From the NCBI GenBank assembly GCA_902593735.1, contig CACJJL010000009.1, positions 6,242-70,241 of the forward strand: 64,000 nucleotides of DNA, written 5' to 3'. Shown here piece after piece: positions 17,918 to 27,425 of this stretch. A program made the translations under genes and the position numbers. The first letter of the stretch is position 1. The number at the start of each line of letters is the position of its first letter. The notes under the pieces are model-generated. The model was not told the origin of the DNA. It ran no database searches and saw only the letters and a program-made list of their open reading frames with translations. This DNA comes from an uncultured SAR116 cluster alpha proteobacterium. Its GTDB lineage: Bacteria > Pseudomonadota > Alphaproteobacteria > Puniceispirillales > Marisalimonadaceae.

Positions 17918-19429
17918 TTAATTATTAATATTTTCTAATTTTCTTAGCTTTCTTCTTTTTAAGATAAACAAAGAAGTGAAGGTCATTATTAAAAATAAAA
18001 TAACAAATGCTGGTCTAGTAAATATGAACGCGACATTTAAATCGTGTGATGATCCAAGTAGAAGAGTAACTCTTAAATTCTCTTCAAAAATTGGTATCAA
18101 AATAAATCCTATTAACATAGGAACGGTTGGAATATCACATTTCATCATAATATAGCCAAGCACTCCAAAACAAAAAACTAATTGGATATCAAATAATGAA
18201 CCTCTAAGTGCATAAGCCCCAGCTGAAGCAATTACCAAAACAGCTGGAAATAATAATCTTTTAGGAACAGTTACAACGTGCTTGCACATTTTTATTAGTC
18301 CATGTCCTAAAAATAAGTTGAATAAATTGGCTACAATTAATGCGGCGAAAATAGCATATATTTCTACAGGATTATCCTGAAACACTACTGGTCCGAGAGT
18401 AATGCCTTGTATTAAAAAAGCTCCCATAATTAGAGCAGCTGCGATGTCACCTGGGATACCAAAAGCTAATAATGGTATCATGTTTGATCCAGAAACAGCA
18501 TTATTTGCTGACTCAGAGGCAGCTATACCTTCTAAAGATCCTTTGCCAAAATTTTCAGGTTTTTTAGAACTTCTTTTTGCTTCTCCATATGCAAGAAATG
18601 CTGCAATTGTTGATCCAAGTCCAGGCATAGCACCAATTAAAGTACCTAAACCTGAAGATTTAATAATTGTTGGCAAGGTAGATTTAAATTCTAAAAATGT
18701 TACTACGTTATCAATTTTATGCTTTGAAAAAACCAAAGTGCTAGATGCTAATTTTTTTACAGGTTGTTCCATCTGTCTAAGCGCCTCTGAGACAGCTAAA
18801 GTACCTATTAACATAGGTATTAAACCTATTCCTTCTTCCAATTCTAAATATTCGAAAGTTAATCTTGGTGTTGCTGTAATAGGATCAAGACCTATCATGC
18901 CTATTATCATACCTAAAAATACAGAAAACAAACCTTTCCATACTGAGTTTCCAGTTAGAGAACTTATGCACAAAAGAGAGAACCCTGTTAATAGAGTATA
19001 TTCAGGTGGGCCAAAATTTAAGGCTATACTAGCCAGAAATCCAGCTGCAAAAATTAACATCACATCGCTAAAAGTATCTCCAAAGACAGATGAATATAAA
19101 GCCATTTTCATAGCTTTAACTCCCTTACCTTTTTGTGCTAGTGGGTATCCATCAAGCACAGTAGCTGCTGCTGCTGGAGTTCCAGGAGTTTTAATTAAAA
19201 TCGCTGTTATGGAACTTCCAAACAGAGATCCTTTAAACATTCCTAAAAGCATTGGTATTCCAATCCAAGGATCTAAGTAAAAAGTATATGGAACTAATAA
19301 TGCAACAGCCATTGATGCTGTTAATCCAGGAATAGCGCCTAAAATTTGTCCTGCAATTAGACCAATTAAAATTGCAATTAAAGCCTCCGGGGTTGTTGCT
19401 AGTTGAATGCCTGTTATTATATTTTCCAT
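17918..19429 (-). CDS. tctA: Tripartite tricarboxylate transporter large permease TctA
   Basis: GAIPGLT, TPGTPAAAATVLDGYPLA, ESANNA, GIPG; multi-TM. Confidence 0.93.
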   Translation of the reverse strand: MENIITGIQLATTPEALIAILIGLIAGQILGAIPGLTASMAVALLVPYTFYLDPWIGIPMLLGMFKGSLFGSSITAILIKTPGTPAAAATVLDGYPLAQKGKGVKAMKMALYSSVFGDTFSDVMLIFAAGFLASIALNFGPPEYTLLTGFSLLCISSLTGNSVWKGLFSVFLGMIIGMIGLDPITATPRLTFEYLELEEGIGLIPMLIGTLAVSEALRQMEQPVKKLASSTLVFSKHKIDNVVTFLEFKSTLPTIIKSSGLGTLIGAMPGLGSTIAAFLAYGEAKRSSKKPENFGKGSLEGIAASESANNAVSGSNMIPLLAFGIPGDIAAALIMGAFLIQGITLGPVVFQDNPVEIYAIFAALIVANLFNLFLGHGLIKMCKHVVTVPKRLLFPAVLVIASAGAYALRGSLFDIQLVFCFGVLGYIMMKCDIPTVPMLIGFILIPIFEENLRVTLLLGSSHDLNVAFIFTRPAFVILFLIMTFTSLFILKRRKLRKLENINN

Positions 19430-19439
19430 TAAGACAACT

Positions 19440-19955
19440 TTAAAAAATACTTAATAACTGAGGTAATATAATTCCTTCAGGAAGAAAAATATTGAAGCCT
19501 ATTTCAAAACTAACAAACACTATTGACATTAATAAAATTGGAAAAAAAAACAGAATTAAAACTCTTTTTTCGCCAAGAAAAAAACTCAACAGAGTTATAA
19601 AAATTAAACTCGCTAGATAAAACCCTATAGTTTCAATTAGAAAAAAAGAATAAAACAAACAAACAATAATTATTTTTATGATTCTATAAAAAACCTCTTT
19701 AGAAAAAGATTTTTTTTCACTTGTTAATCCTATTTTTGGATTAAGTATGTAATTCTTAACATATTCAAAAACTAAGGTAAAAAAAGCAAAAAATCCAATA
19801 AGATACGGAGCAAAACTTGGATTTAATCCATCTTGCAATCCAAAATTTTCTGGATCTTCAATACTTTCAGGAATTATCCAAAAAATAAATGATAGCGTAA
19901 TACCCAATAAAATTAAAATTAAAGTTTTTTCATGAAAATTTTTATTAATAATCAT
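19440..19955 (-). CDS. tctB: Tripartite tricarboxylate transporter small permease TctB
   Basis: Several TM segments, PSFAP and LPEG motifs, located between tctC and tctA. Confidence 0.85.
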   Translation of the reverse strand: MIINKNFHEKTLILILLGITLSFIFWIIPESIEDPENFGLQDGLNPSFAPYLIGFFAFFTLVFEYVKNYILNPKIGLTSEKKSFSKEVFYRIIKIIIVCLFYSFFLIETIGFYLASLIFITLLSFFLGEKRVLILFFFPILLMSIVFVSFEIGFNIFLPEGIILPQLLSIF

Positions 19956-19973
19956 AACTACCTTAAATTAGAA

Positions 19974-20004
19974 ATTTACAGAGTTAAAAAATAACTCTGT
20001 AAAT
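19974..20004 (-). terminator. 13-bp stem-loop directly after tctC (mRNA-stabilising hairpin or partial terminator)
   Basis: ATTTACAGAGTTA-AAAAA-TAACTCTGTAAAT, a perfect inverted repeat in the tctC-tctB gap. Confidence 0.65.
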
Positions 20005-20012
20005 ATTTTTTT

Positions 20013-20972
20013 TTAGAATTTTACTCCTGCGAGAACTTTCCCAGCAGCTGAGTAATCTGCATTCACAGATTTTGTAAAATCTGCAGAATTTGCATAACTT
20101 GGAGTAGCTTTCAGCTTTTTAAGTAAATCAATGAATTTTTTTGATTTCATGATCTGACCAAGTGTACTATCCCATTTTTTAATAACATCTTTAGACAATC
20201 CACTAGGCCCAGCAATGCCAAAGAAAATCGCAGGAGATAAAGGATAACCTAATTCTGCAAGTGTTTTTTGATCAGGTGCTGAAGGATTTCTCTCAGGAGT
20301 AGATTCAGCTATGATTTTTATTTTTCCAGCAGATAAAGGAGCAGCAAAATCCGAAATTACTGCCATATCTATTGTTTTTCCTAATAACGCTGCTAGAGCT
20401 TTTGCTCCTCCTTTAAACGGTACATATGTTGTTGAGGCACCTTCTTGTTTAAAAGCAGCCAACATGGCCATGTGAGGTCCACCTTTCTGACCAGCAGTTG
20501 ACCACCTAAGTTTTCCAGGATTTGATTTTGCAAAAGCCATCATATCTTCAAAAGATTTCCACTGACTATCACTTCTAAGAATAACAGGCATTGGGCTAGA
20601 AACAAATTGTCCTAGATAAGTCAAGTCGTCCAATGGTTTATATGGCATTTTCATGAAATGTGGTCTTATAGTTATAGGACTAGTTGAAATAAATCCAATA
20701 GTATAACCATCAGGTTTTGATTTAGCTACTGCACCAATACCAATAGTACCTCCACCACCTGTCTTATTTTCAACTAAAACTTTTACACCTAATATGTCTG
20801 TAGCTAGGTCAGCTATAAATCTTGATGTGGTATCTCCACCACCTCCTGCTCCATAAGGAACTATTAATTTAATTGGTTTAGATGGATAAGAATCTGTAAA
20901 ACCATTTGAGATTAATAAAAAGGTAATTGAAAAAAACATCAAAATACCCTTTGTGATTGACTTTAAAAACAT
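20013..20972 (-). CDS. tctC: Tripartite tricarboxylate transporter substrate-binding protein TctC (Bug family)
   Basis: Signal peptide, YPSKPIKLIVPYGAGGGGD, VENKTGGGG, KPDGYT, VPFKGG. Confidence 0.93.
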   Translation of the reverse strand: MFLKSITKGILMFFSITFLLISNGFTDSYPSKPIKLIVPYGAGGGGDTTSRFIADLATDILGVKVLVENKTGGGGTIGIGAVAKSKPDGYTIGFISTSPITIRPHFMKMPYKPLDDLTYLGQFVSSPMPVILRSDSQWKSFEDMMAFAKSNPGKLRWSTAGQKGGPHMAMLAAFKQEGASTTYVPFKGGAKALAALLGKTIDMAVISDFAAPLSAGKIKIIAESTPERNPSAPDQKTLAELGYPLSPAIFFGIAGPSGLSKDVIKKWDSTLGQIMKSKKFIDLLKKLKATPSYANSADFTKSVNADYSAAGKVLAGVKF

Positions 20973-21071
20973 CTATTTCCTCCTTAATGAAATTATTCTT
21001 TAAATAAAATAGCTTTTTATTAACTATAAAAAATAATAATATGAATACAAATGCTAATTTAGTATGAAAGC

Positions 21072-21086
21072 ATGACAAAAACTCAT
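21072..21086. promoter_or_regulatory. Putative LysR recognition box (T-N11-A)
   Basis: ATGAC-AAAAA-CTCAT dyad (ATGA/TCAT arms) in the divergent tctC/lysR gap. Confidence 0.5.
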
Positions 21087-21099
21087 AGGATTGTTTTGT

Positions 21100-21996
21100 A
21101 TGAATTTAAAAAAATTAATAGCATTTCGGGCTGTATTAGAATCCAATTCAATTACAGGAGCTGCTGATAAAATAGGGTTAACTCAATCCGGTGTTAGTAG
21201 ATTAATTACTAGTTTAGAACAAGAATTAGATTTTCCACTTTTTAATAGAATTAAAGGAAGAATTCAAATAACAAGTCGCGGTGAGAGTTTTTTTCAAGAA
21301 ATTGAACCTTTATTATCAGGAATAGATCAAATTCCTAATCTTGCTAGACAGGTAAAGCAACACCAATATTCGCGTTTAAGAATAATTACACTTAATTCAT
21401 TAGCTCATAGCTTAGTACCAATGGCATTAAATAAATTTTGCCAAAAACATCCTCATGCTAATATTTCTATTACAATCAAGAGCAGAAAAGAACTTCTTCA
21501 TTGGGAAAGAGGTGAACATTTTGACGTTGCACTTGCTTCATTACCATTTGAACAAAGAGTTTTTAGAAAAAAATCTTTCATTTCGTTTCCAGCTGTAATT
21601 GCCATATCAGCCTCACATCCTTTAAATAAAAAAAAACAAATACATGTAAAAGATCTTCATAATGAAAACTTAATAAGTTTAGAACCAACTGGTATTTTCC
21701 AAACCTCTATTAGAAAAAAACTGCTAGAAAATAACATTGAACCAATTTTCAAAATACTAACAACCTCAATGTTACAATCCGCACAAATGGTAGAAAATAA
21801 TATTGGAATAGCAATAATTGATCCTTTTGTTGGGCATATAATAAAAAATAAAAAGGTAGTAATCAAAAGATTAAATCCCCAAATTTATTTTGATTATGCC
21901 TATATTTGGCCAGAAGGCCGTGAATTGTCAGCCCTAGCTGAGGAATTTATTATGGAATTAAAAAAAACCGCAAACTTTGTTACAAAAAACAAATAA
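21100..21996 (+). CDS. LysR-family transcriptional regulator
   Basis: SITGAADKIGLTQSGVSRLITSLEQELDFPLFNR HTH, ~300 aa, divergent from the catabolic operon. Start is ATG 21100 or TTG 21091. Confidence 0.95.
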   Translation: MNLKKLIAFRAVLESNSITGAADKIGLTQSGVSRLITSLEQELDFPLFNRIKGRIQITSRGESFFQEIEPLLSGIDQIPNLARQVKQHQYSRLRIITLNSLAHSLVPMALNKFCQKHPHANISITIKSRKELLHWERGEHFDVALASLPFEQRVFRKKSFISFPAVIAISASHPLNKKKQIHVKDLHNENLISLEPTGIFQTSIRKKLLENNIEPIFKILTTSMLQSAQMVENNIGIAIIDPFVGHIIKNKKVVIKRLNPQIYFDYAYIWPEGRELSALAEEFIMELKKTANFVTKNK

Positions 21997-22005
21997 AAAA
22001 TATAT

Positions 22006-23412
22006 TTATTGTTTAATAAAGTTTTTTAACTCCTCTTTAAAGATAGGCCAACCCTCATCACCTTCAAGAATGACATGATTGTTTCCATTTAATGGAACAA
22101 ATTTAGAGTTTTTTATATTGGCAGCCATAAATTTACTTTCTGAAATTGGAACTCTTGCATCATTTATATTATGAAAAATTAAAGTAGGAATATCTAATAA
22201 TGGTAATAATTCTGAAACGTCTATTTGGTCATTAGTTGATTGGATTTTTACTGCATTTTCTGCAGAGGTAGAAATTTTCATTACATTATTAAATGCATCC
22301 ATTTGTTCTTTCGTACCATCTGGTATCATTGTTGATGTAAAAAACTGTCTAAATGCAGGATTTTCATTTTCCCATCCATTTAAAATCATATTTTTTTCTA
22401 ATTCAATTTTTTGATCAAAATCAGCCATTCCCCTTTTTGCTCTTCCTCTCGCAAAACCTCCAGACAATATCAAATGAGTAACTTTTTCTGGATTGTTATA
22501 TGCATAAGCTATTGAAACTGCACATCCTTGGGAAACTCCAAATATTGGGAATTTATCAATATTAGCTGCATCTACTACTGCACGCATATCATCTACAAAA
22601 CAGTCAAAATTTATATTTTCAGGGTTAAGGTCAGAAACACCATTACCTCTTTGGTCAAACCTGTAAAATGTATGGTCTTTTGCGAAATGCCTATAAATGT
22701 GGGTCCAAACCGGATTTCTCCAATCATGTTCTAAACTACTCATAAAATTTGGCGCTTTTAATATTGGGGGTCCATTCCCAATGCTTGCATAAGCAATAAT
22801 AGTTCCGTCAGAAGAACTACAAAATCTTGTTTCCTGATTTGCCTCAGTTAACAAATGATTTTCTTGAATTTGTTTTATATCACCTTTTAAAATATTTATT
22901 TTATATACTTGAACTTTTTGAGAAATATTTTTTAAGAATTGCTTTCCTATATTTTCTATATTTAAAGATTTCAAACTTTTGATACTTTGATATACATCAT
23001 TTGTAATACAAATATTTCCAGCATCTGCTATTGACTCTAATCTACTTGCAATATTCACAGTGTTGCCAAAAATATCTCCTTCATCCATAACCACATCACC
23101 AATATGTATTCCAATTCTGTATCTAATTTTCTTATCATTAGATTTCTCTAATTCATTCTCATAAATCCCCTTTTGAATAGATAAACAACTTTGCACAGCA
23201 TCCAATGCACTTGAAAAAACAGCTAAGAAACCATCTCCAGTTGTCTTGATTATTTCACCATTATAACTTTCTAATTCAGGTTTAATTATTTTATTTAATT
23301 GATTTTTTTGTCTTGAGAGTAAGTTGATTTCGTCATCTTCAATTAATCTTGAAAATCCAACCATGTCTGCAGCAACAACTGCTAATAATTTTCTTTCCAC
23401 AATAACCCTCAT
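22006..23412 (-). CDS. Class III adenylate cyclase fused to C-terminal alpha/beta-hydrolase domain
   Basis: AADMVGFS, KTTGDG, RIGIHIGDV, GDIFGNTVNIASRLES; then FDQRGNG, GVSQG (GxSxG), DARVP, NNHVI. Confidence 0.9.
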   Translation of the reverse strand: MRVIVERKLLAVVAADMVGFSRLIEDDEINLLSRQKNQLNKIIKPELESYNGEIIKTTGDGFLAVFSSALDAVQSCLSIQKGIYENELEKSNDKKIRYRIGIHIGDVVMDEGDIFGNTVNIASRLESIADAGNICITNDVYQSIKSLKSLNIENIGKQFLKNISQKVQVYKINILKGDIKQIQENHLLTEANQETRFCSSSDGTIIAYASIGNGPPILKAPNFMSSLEHDWRNPVWTHIYRHFAKDHTFYRFDQRGNGVSDLNPENINFDCFVDDMRAVVDAANIDKFPIFGVSQGCAVSIAYAYNNPEKVTHLILSGGFARGRAKRGMADFDQKIELEKNMILNGWENENPAFRQFFTSTMIPDGTKEQMDAFNNVMKISTSAENAVKIQSTNDQIDVSELLPLLDIPTLIFHNINDARVPISESKFMAANIKNSKFVPLNGNNHVILEGDEGWPIFKEELKNFIKQ

Positions 23413-23520
23413 GAAAAATTTTAAATTATTTCGCTATTTCCATAAATTATCTAAATGTATTTAAATTCGTATAAAAATAAAAGGATTAATTAATTCACAT
23501 AATTATGTTAAACTAGTTTT

Positions 23521-23598
23521 GCCAGGGGTGCAAAATTTTTTGCTGAGAGACAAACCCTTAAAACCTGATCTGGTTAAGACCAGCGGAGGGAGTTGCGA
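23521..23598 (+). ncRNA. TPP (thi-box) riboswitch
   Basis: GGGGTGC...GCTGAGA...ACCCT...AACCTGATCTGGTTAAGACCAGCGGAGGGA consensus upstream of thiM-thiE. Confidence 0.93.
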
Positions 23599-23665
23599 AT
23601 TAAAATTTAAAAAACATTCCCTATAAAAATATTAAATCGTAATTTATAAAAAAGAGGAAATAAAT

Positions 23666-24484
23666 ATGTCTAAAGAGCTATCTAAAAATGCTTCAGAACT
23701 TTTGACAAAAATAAGAGATAAAGGTCCATTGGTATGGAATTTTTCAAATTTTGTCTCAATGGATATTGCTGCTAATGCTTTGCTTTCAATTGGCGCATCT
23801 CCTGCAATGGCACAAGCAAAAGAAGAGGCAAAAGATTTTACTGAAATCTGTAAAGCTATTAGTGGAGCCTTGACAATTAATATAGGAACCTTTGATCCAT
23901 ATTGGCAAGAATGCGCATTAAAGGCAGCTAAGAATGCAAATGAGAATAATGTTCCGTGGGTTTTGGATCCTGTTGGTGCTGGTGCTAGTGGCTTTAGAAA
24001 TAAAAACGTTGAAGAACTTATGAAGTTCAAACCTACAATACTTAGGGGAAATGGGTCGGAAATTATGGCTGTTGCAGGATTATCTGGGGGAGGAAAAGGA
24101 GTAGATTCAACTTCAACCTCTAATGATGCACTAGATGCTGCAATTTCTATAGCTAAAAACAATAAAATTATAGTAGCAGTTACTGGAGCTATTGATTATG
24201 TAACTGATGGTAATGTTACCTATGCTATTGAGGGTGGTCATGAGATGATGACCAAAGTTACTGCAACTGGTTGTGCATTAACTTGTTTAATTGGAGCAGC
24301 TATAGCGGTTGGTGAAAATAAATTACTTTCAACTGCATCAATAATTGGAATTTATGGTTTGGCAGGAGAAATGGCAAGCAAAGTTTCTAAAGGGCCAGGA
24401 AGCCTTAGAATGAACTTATTAGACAAATTATATAATATTTCTTCAGACGAAATCATAAGTAATGTAAAAATTAAAAATGTCTAA
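23666..24484 (+). CDS. thiM: Hydroxyethylthiazole kinase
   Basis: ANALLSIGASPAMA, INIGT, VLDPVGAGAS, RGNGSEI, GVDS, VTATGC, KGPGS. Confidence 0.95.
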   Translation: MSKELSKNASELLTKIRDKGPLVWNFSNFVSMDIAANALLSIGASPAMAQAKEEAKDFTEICKAISGALTINIGTFDPYWQECALKAAKNANENNVPWVLDPVGAGASGFRNKNVEELMKFKPTILRGNGSEIMAVAGLSGGGKGVDSTSTSNDALDAAISIAKNNKIIVAVTGAIDYVTDGNVTYAIEGGHEMMTKVTATGCALTCLIGAAIAVGENKLLSTASIIGIYGLAGEMASKVSKGPGSLRMNLLDKLYNISSDEIISNVKIKNV

Positions 24485-25142
24485 TCTTCAATCTTATTTT
24501 ATTGCAGGTCCTGAAAATTTACTTCCTAATCATATGTACAAAAGTGAAAAACCAAATAATGCACTTGTTAGAATAGTTAGTGAGCTAGCAGAAAATGGTC
24601 TTGATGTTTTTCAATTGAGAGCAAAATCAATGAAAGATAATGAGATCATAGATCTTATAAAAGATCTAAGTTCAGCAACATCTAATACTAGAATGAGGCT
24701 ATGTATTAATGATAATGTTAATGTTGCTTCTAAGTGCAAAGGTTTAGTCGATATACTTCATCTTGGACAGTCTGATATGAAACCAAATGAAGCAAAAAAA
24801 ATGATAGATAAAAATATTGAAATTGGATTATCTATTACAAATATAAATCAATTAGATGATGTACCTGATTGTGTAAATTATCTTGGTGTTGGGCCGATAT
24901 TCCTTACTGGTTCAAAAAAAGATGCATCTTTACCAATGGGTTCTAATACATTAAGAGAAATCATTAATAAAACAGAACTTCCTGTTGTTGCAATAGGTGG
25001 TATTTCTTTAGATGATATTAATGATTTGTTTAAACTAGGAGTTTCTGGTGTAGCAGTAATATCGGCAATATTGAATGAATATAATCCAATAGAAAATTTT
25101 TATAAATTGAAAGAAAATATAATAAAAGGCTCAAAAAAATGA
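24477..25142 (+). CDS. thiE: Thiamine-phosphate synthase
   Basis: FQLRAK, INDNV, HLGQSD, IGLS, YLGVGPIFLTGSK, VAIGGI, GVAVISAI. Confidence 0.93.
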   Translation: MSNLQSYFIAGPENLLPNHMYKSEKPNNALVRIVSELAENGLDVFQLRAKSMKDNEIIDLIKDLSSATSNTRMRLCINDNVNVASKCKGLVDILHLGQSDMKPNEAKKMIDKNIEIGLSITNINQLDDVPDCVNYLGVGPIFLTGSKKDASLPMGSNTLREIINKTELPVVAIGGISLDDINDLFKLGVSGVAVISAILNEYNPIENFYKLKENIIKGSKK

Positions 25143-25984
25143 ATATAGTTCTAACTGGTGGTACAAGCGGCCTTGGCTATAGAACTGCTGAGGTTTTAGG
25201 TAAAGAGATTAAAAACAAAATAATTTTAATAGGTAGTAATAAACAAAAAGGTAAAACATCAGTCAGAAATTTAATAAAAGAGACAGCAAACAACAATATT
25301 AGTTTTATACAATGCGATCTTTCATCTATTTCAGAAATTAAATCGTTAGCAGATAAATTAAGAAAATTTAAAATTGATATTCTTATTAATAATGCTGGTG
25401 CATTGTTTTTTTCAAGAAAAGAGAGTGTAGATAAAATAGAAAAAACATTTGCTCTTAATCACCTATCATATTTCATACTCACTAATTTATTATTAAAATA
25501 TAAAGTTATAAAAAACGGAGGAAGAATAGTTAACGTTTCTAGCGGAGCACATAGAGGTGTAAAGATAGATATAAATAATTTGGAAATGAAAGGAAATTAT
25601 AACGGATGGATTTCTTATAAAAAATCAAAATTATGTAATATATTATTTACTAAAAAATTGAGTGAATTAACTAATAAAAGTAAAATAACTGTTAATTGTC
25701 TACATCCTGGTTTTGTAAAAACACAATTTGGAAAAAATAATAGTGGTCTTGCCAGTTTAGCCATAAAATTTCTTATGAATTTCTTTGCAATATCAGTTGA
25801 AGAAGGTGCTGAGACAATAGTATTCTTAGCTACTGATAAAAATATTAAAAATATCAATGGAAAATACTTTTATCAAAGCAAAATAAAGGAAACTTCAATT
25901 TTTGCTCAAAGTCAAAAAGATGCTGACCTTTTATGGGATATTAGTTTGAGAATAGTCAAAAACAAAGGTTTGACATTAACATAG
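25139..25984 (+). CDS. SDR family oxidoreductase (retinol-DH/WWOX-like)
   Basis: TGGTSGLG, LINNAG, NHLSYF, VSSGAH, YKKSK, LHPGFV; 4-bp overlap with thiE. Confidence 0.9.
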   Translation: MNIVLTGGTSGLGYRTAEVLGKEIKNKIILIGSNKQKGKTSVRNLIKETANNNISFIQCDLSSISEIKSLADKLRKFKIDILINNAGALFFSRKESVDKIEKTFALNHLSYFILTNLLLKYKVIKNGGRIVNVSSGAHRGVKIDINNLEMKGNYNGWISYKKSKLCNILFTKKLSELTNKSKITVNCLHPGFVKTQFGKNNSGLASLAIKFLMNFFAISVEEGAETIVFLATDKNIKNINGKYFYQSKIKETSIFAQSQKDADLLWDISLRIVKNKGLTLT

Positions 25985-26005
25985 AATTCTTTAACAAGTT
26001 AATTT

Positions 26006-27241
26006 ATGAAAAGTTATAACAGTTCTTTAATCACTCCAGTATTGATAGCTGGCTCCATAATAATAATAATTACTTTTGGAATAAGAGGCAGCTTTGGTGT
26101 GTTTCAAATACCAATTGAACAAGAATTTCAATGGTTAAGAGTGGAATTTTCATTGGCAATTGCAATTCAAAACCTTGGCTGGGGTATCGGTGCGCCTATT
26201 TTTGGGGCTTTGGGTGAAAAGTTTGGTGATAGAAAGATGATTGTAGTTGGAGCCTTTTGCTATGTTATTGGCTTACTGTTATCAACTATTGCACAAAATC
26301 CAATAACACATCAATTCCTTGAGCTTATCATAGGTTTTGGAATAGCTGGAACAGGTATGGGAATGATATTAGCGGTTGTTGGTAGAGCCTCGAGTGAAAA
26401 AAACAGATCAATGGCCTTAGGAGTAGTTACTGCTGCCGGTTCAGTTGGTCAAATGATAGGAGCGCCAATCGCTCAAGCTCTTTTAAATTTATATAATTGG
26501 CAACAAGTTTTTATAATTTTTTCAATGTCTATAATTTTTATTATTTTTTTTGTTCCTTTTTTAAAATCTCCCCCTTTATCTTCAAAAAAAGAAATAGAAG
26601 TAAGCTTAAAAAAGGTATTAGGTGATGCTTTTAAGGATCCTAATTTTTCTATGATTTTTTTTGGTTTTTTTGCTTGTGGATACCAGTTAGCATTTTTAAC
26701 AGCTCATTTTCCTGCCATGGTTACTGAGATGTGTAGTAGTATAAATCCGTCAAGCCTTTTACATAGTTTTGGAGTTTCTACAACTTCAAGTTTAGGAGCA
26801 TTGGCCATAGCATTAATTGCATTTAGTAATATTTTTGGAACAATTTATGCGGGTTGGTTAGGGCAGAGATACCCAAAAAAATTCTTATTAGCTACCGTCT
26901 ATGCTTTAAGAGCGTTAATTGGTTTAATATTTATTATATTTCCAATAACACCAATATCAGTAATTTTATTTTCTTTATTAATGGGTTCTTTATGGTTGGC
27001 CACAGTACCTTTGACCAGTGGATTGATAGCTCATATTTATGGATTACGGTATATGGGTACTTTATATGGAATTGTTTTTTTATCACATCAATTAGGAAGT
27101 TTTCTTGGTGTTTGGATGGGTGGAAAGCTGTATGATGCTACAGGAGATTACACTCTAGTGTGGTGGATTGGTATTGGGGTATCAGTCTTTTCAACTTTAA
27201 TACACTTACCAATTAAAGAACAAAAAATTCAACCTGCTTAA
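26006..27241 (+). CDS. MFS transporter
   Basis: About 12 hydrophobic segments, GALGEKFGDR motif A-like, GGKLYDATGDY. Confidence 0.9.
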   Translation: MKSYNSSLITPVLIAGSIIIIITFGIRGSFGVFQIPIEQEFQWLRVEFSLAIAIQNLGWGIGAPIFGALGEKFGDRKMIVVGAFCYVIGLLLSTIAQNPITHQFLELIIGFGIAGTGMGMILAVVGRASSEKNRSMALGVVTAAGSVGQMIGAPIAQALLNLYNWQQVFIIFSMSIIFIIFFVPFLKSPPLSSKKEIEVSLKKVLGDAFKDPNFSMIFFGFFACGYQLAFLTAHFPAMVTEMCSSINPSSLLHSFGVSTTSSLGALAIALIAFSNIFGTIYAGWLGQRYPKKFLLATVYALRALIGLIFIIFPITPISVILFSLLMGSLWLATVPLTSGLIAHIYGLRYMGTLYGIVFLSHQLGSFLGVWMGGKLYDATGDYTLVWWIGIGVSVFSTLIHLPIKEQKIQPA

Positions 27242-27425
27242 ATTATAAAACCACAAAGCCGCCATATTCTTTCCTGTTTGAGGTTAATTATATTATAATT
27301 ATGTTAAATGTTTCCATTTTAGAAATAATTATATTCCATTTATTTATTTTCTCTTATTCATTTTTGGTTCTTATATAAACATCAACGTAGGAATAAACCT
27401 TCTTAGATAAAAAAAGTTAAAGACA

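Noticed and set aside
18402-19280. 292-aa plus-strand ORF
   Set aside because: Codon-aligned antisense shadow of tctA with no recognisable motifs. A similar shadow occurs on tctA2 (29242-29598).
20878-21078. 66-aa ORF overlapping the tctC start
   Set aside because: Out-of-frame overlap across a promoter region, low-complexity AT-rich translation, no motif.
23413-23520. CtrA-like TTAA motifs and sigma70 boxes in intergenic DNA (here and elsewhere)
   Set aside because: Expected by chance at this AT content and cannot be supported without a statistical model. No convincing CRP-type TGTGA-N6-TCACA site was noticed by eye.
23644-24162. 172-aa minus-strand ORF
   Set aside because: Antisense shadow of thiM.
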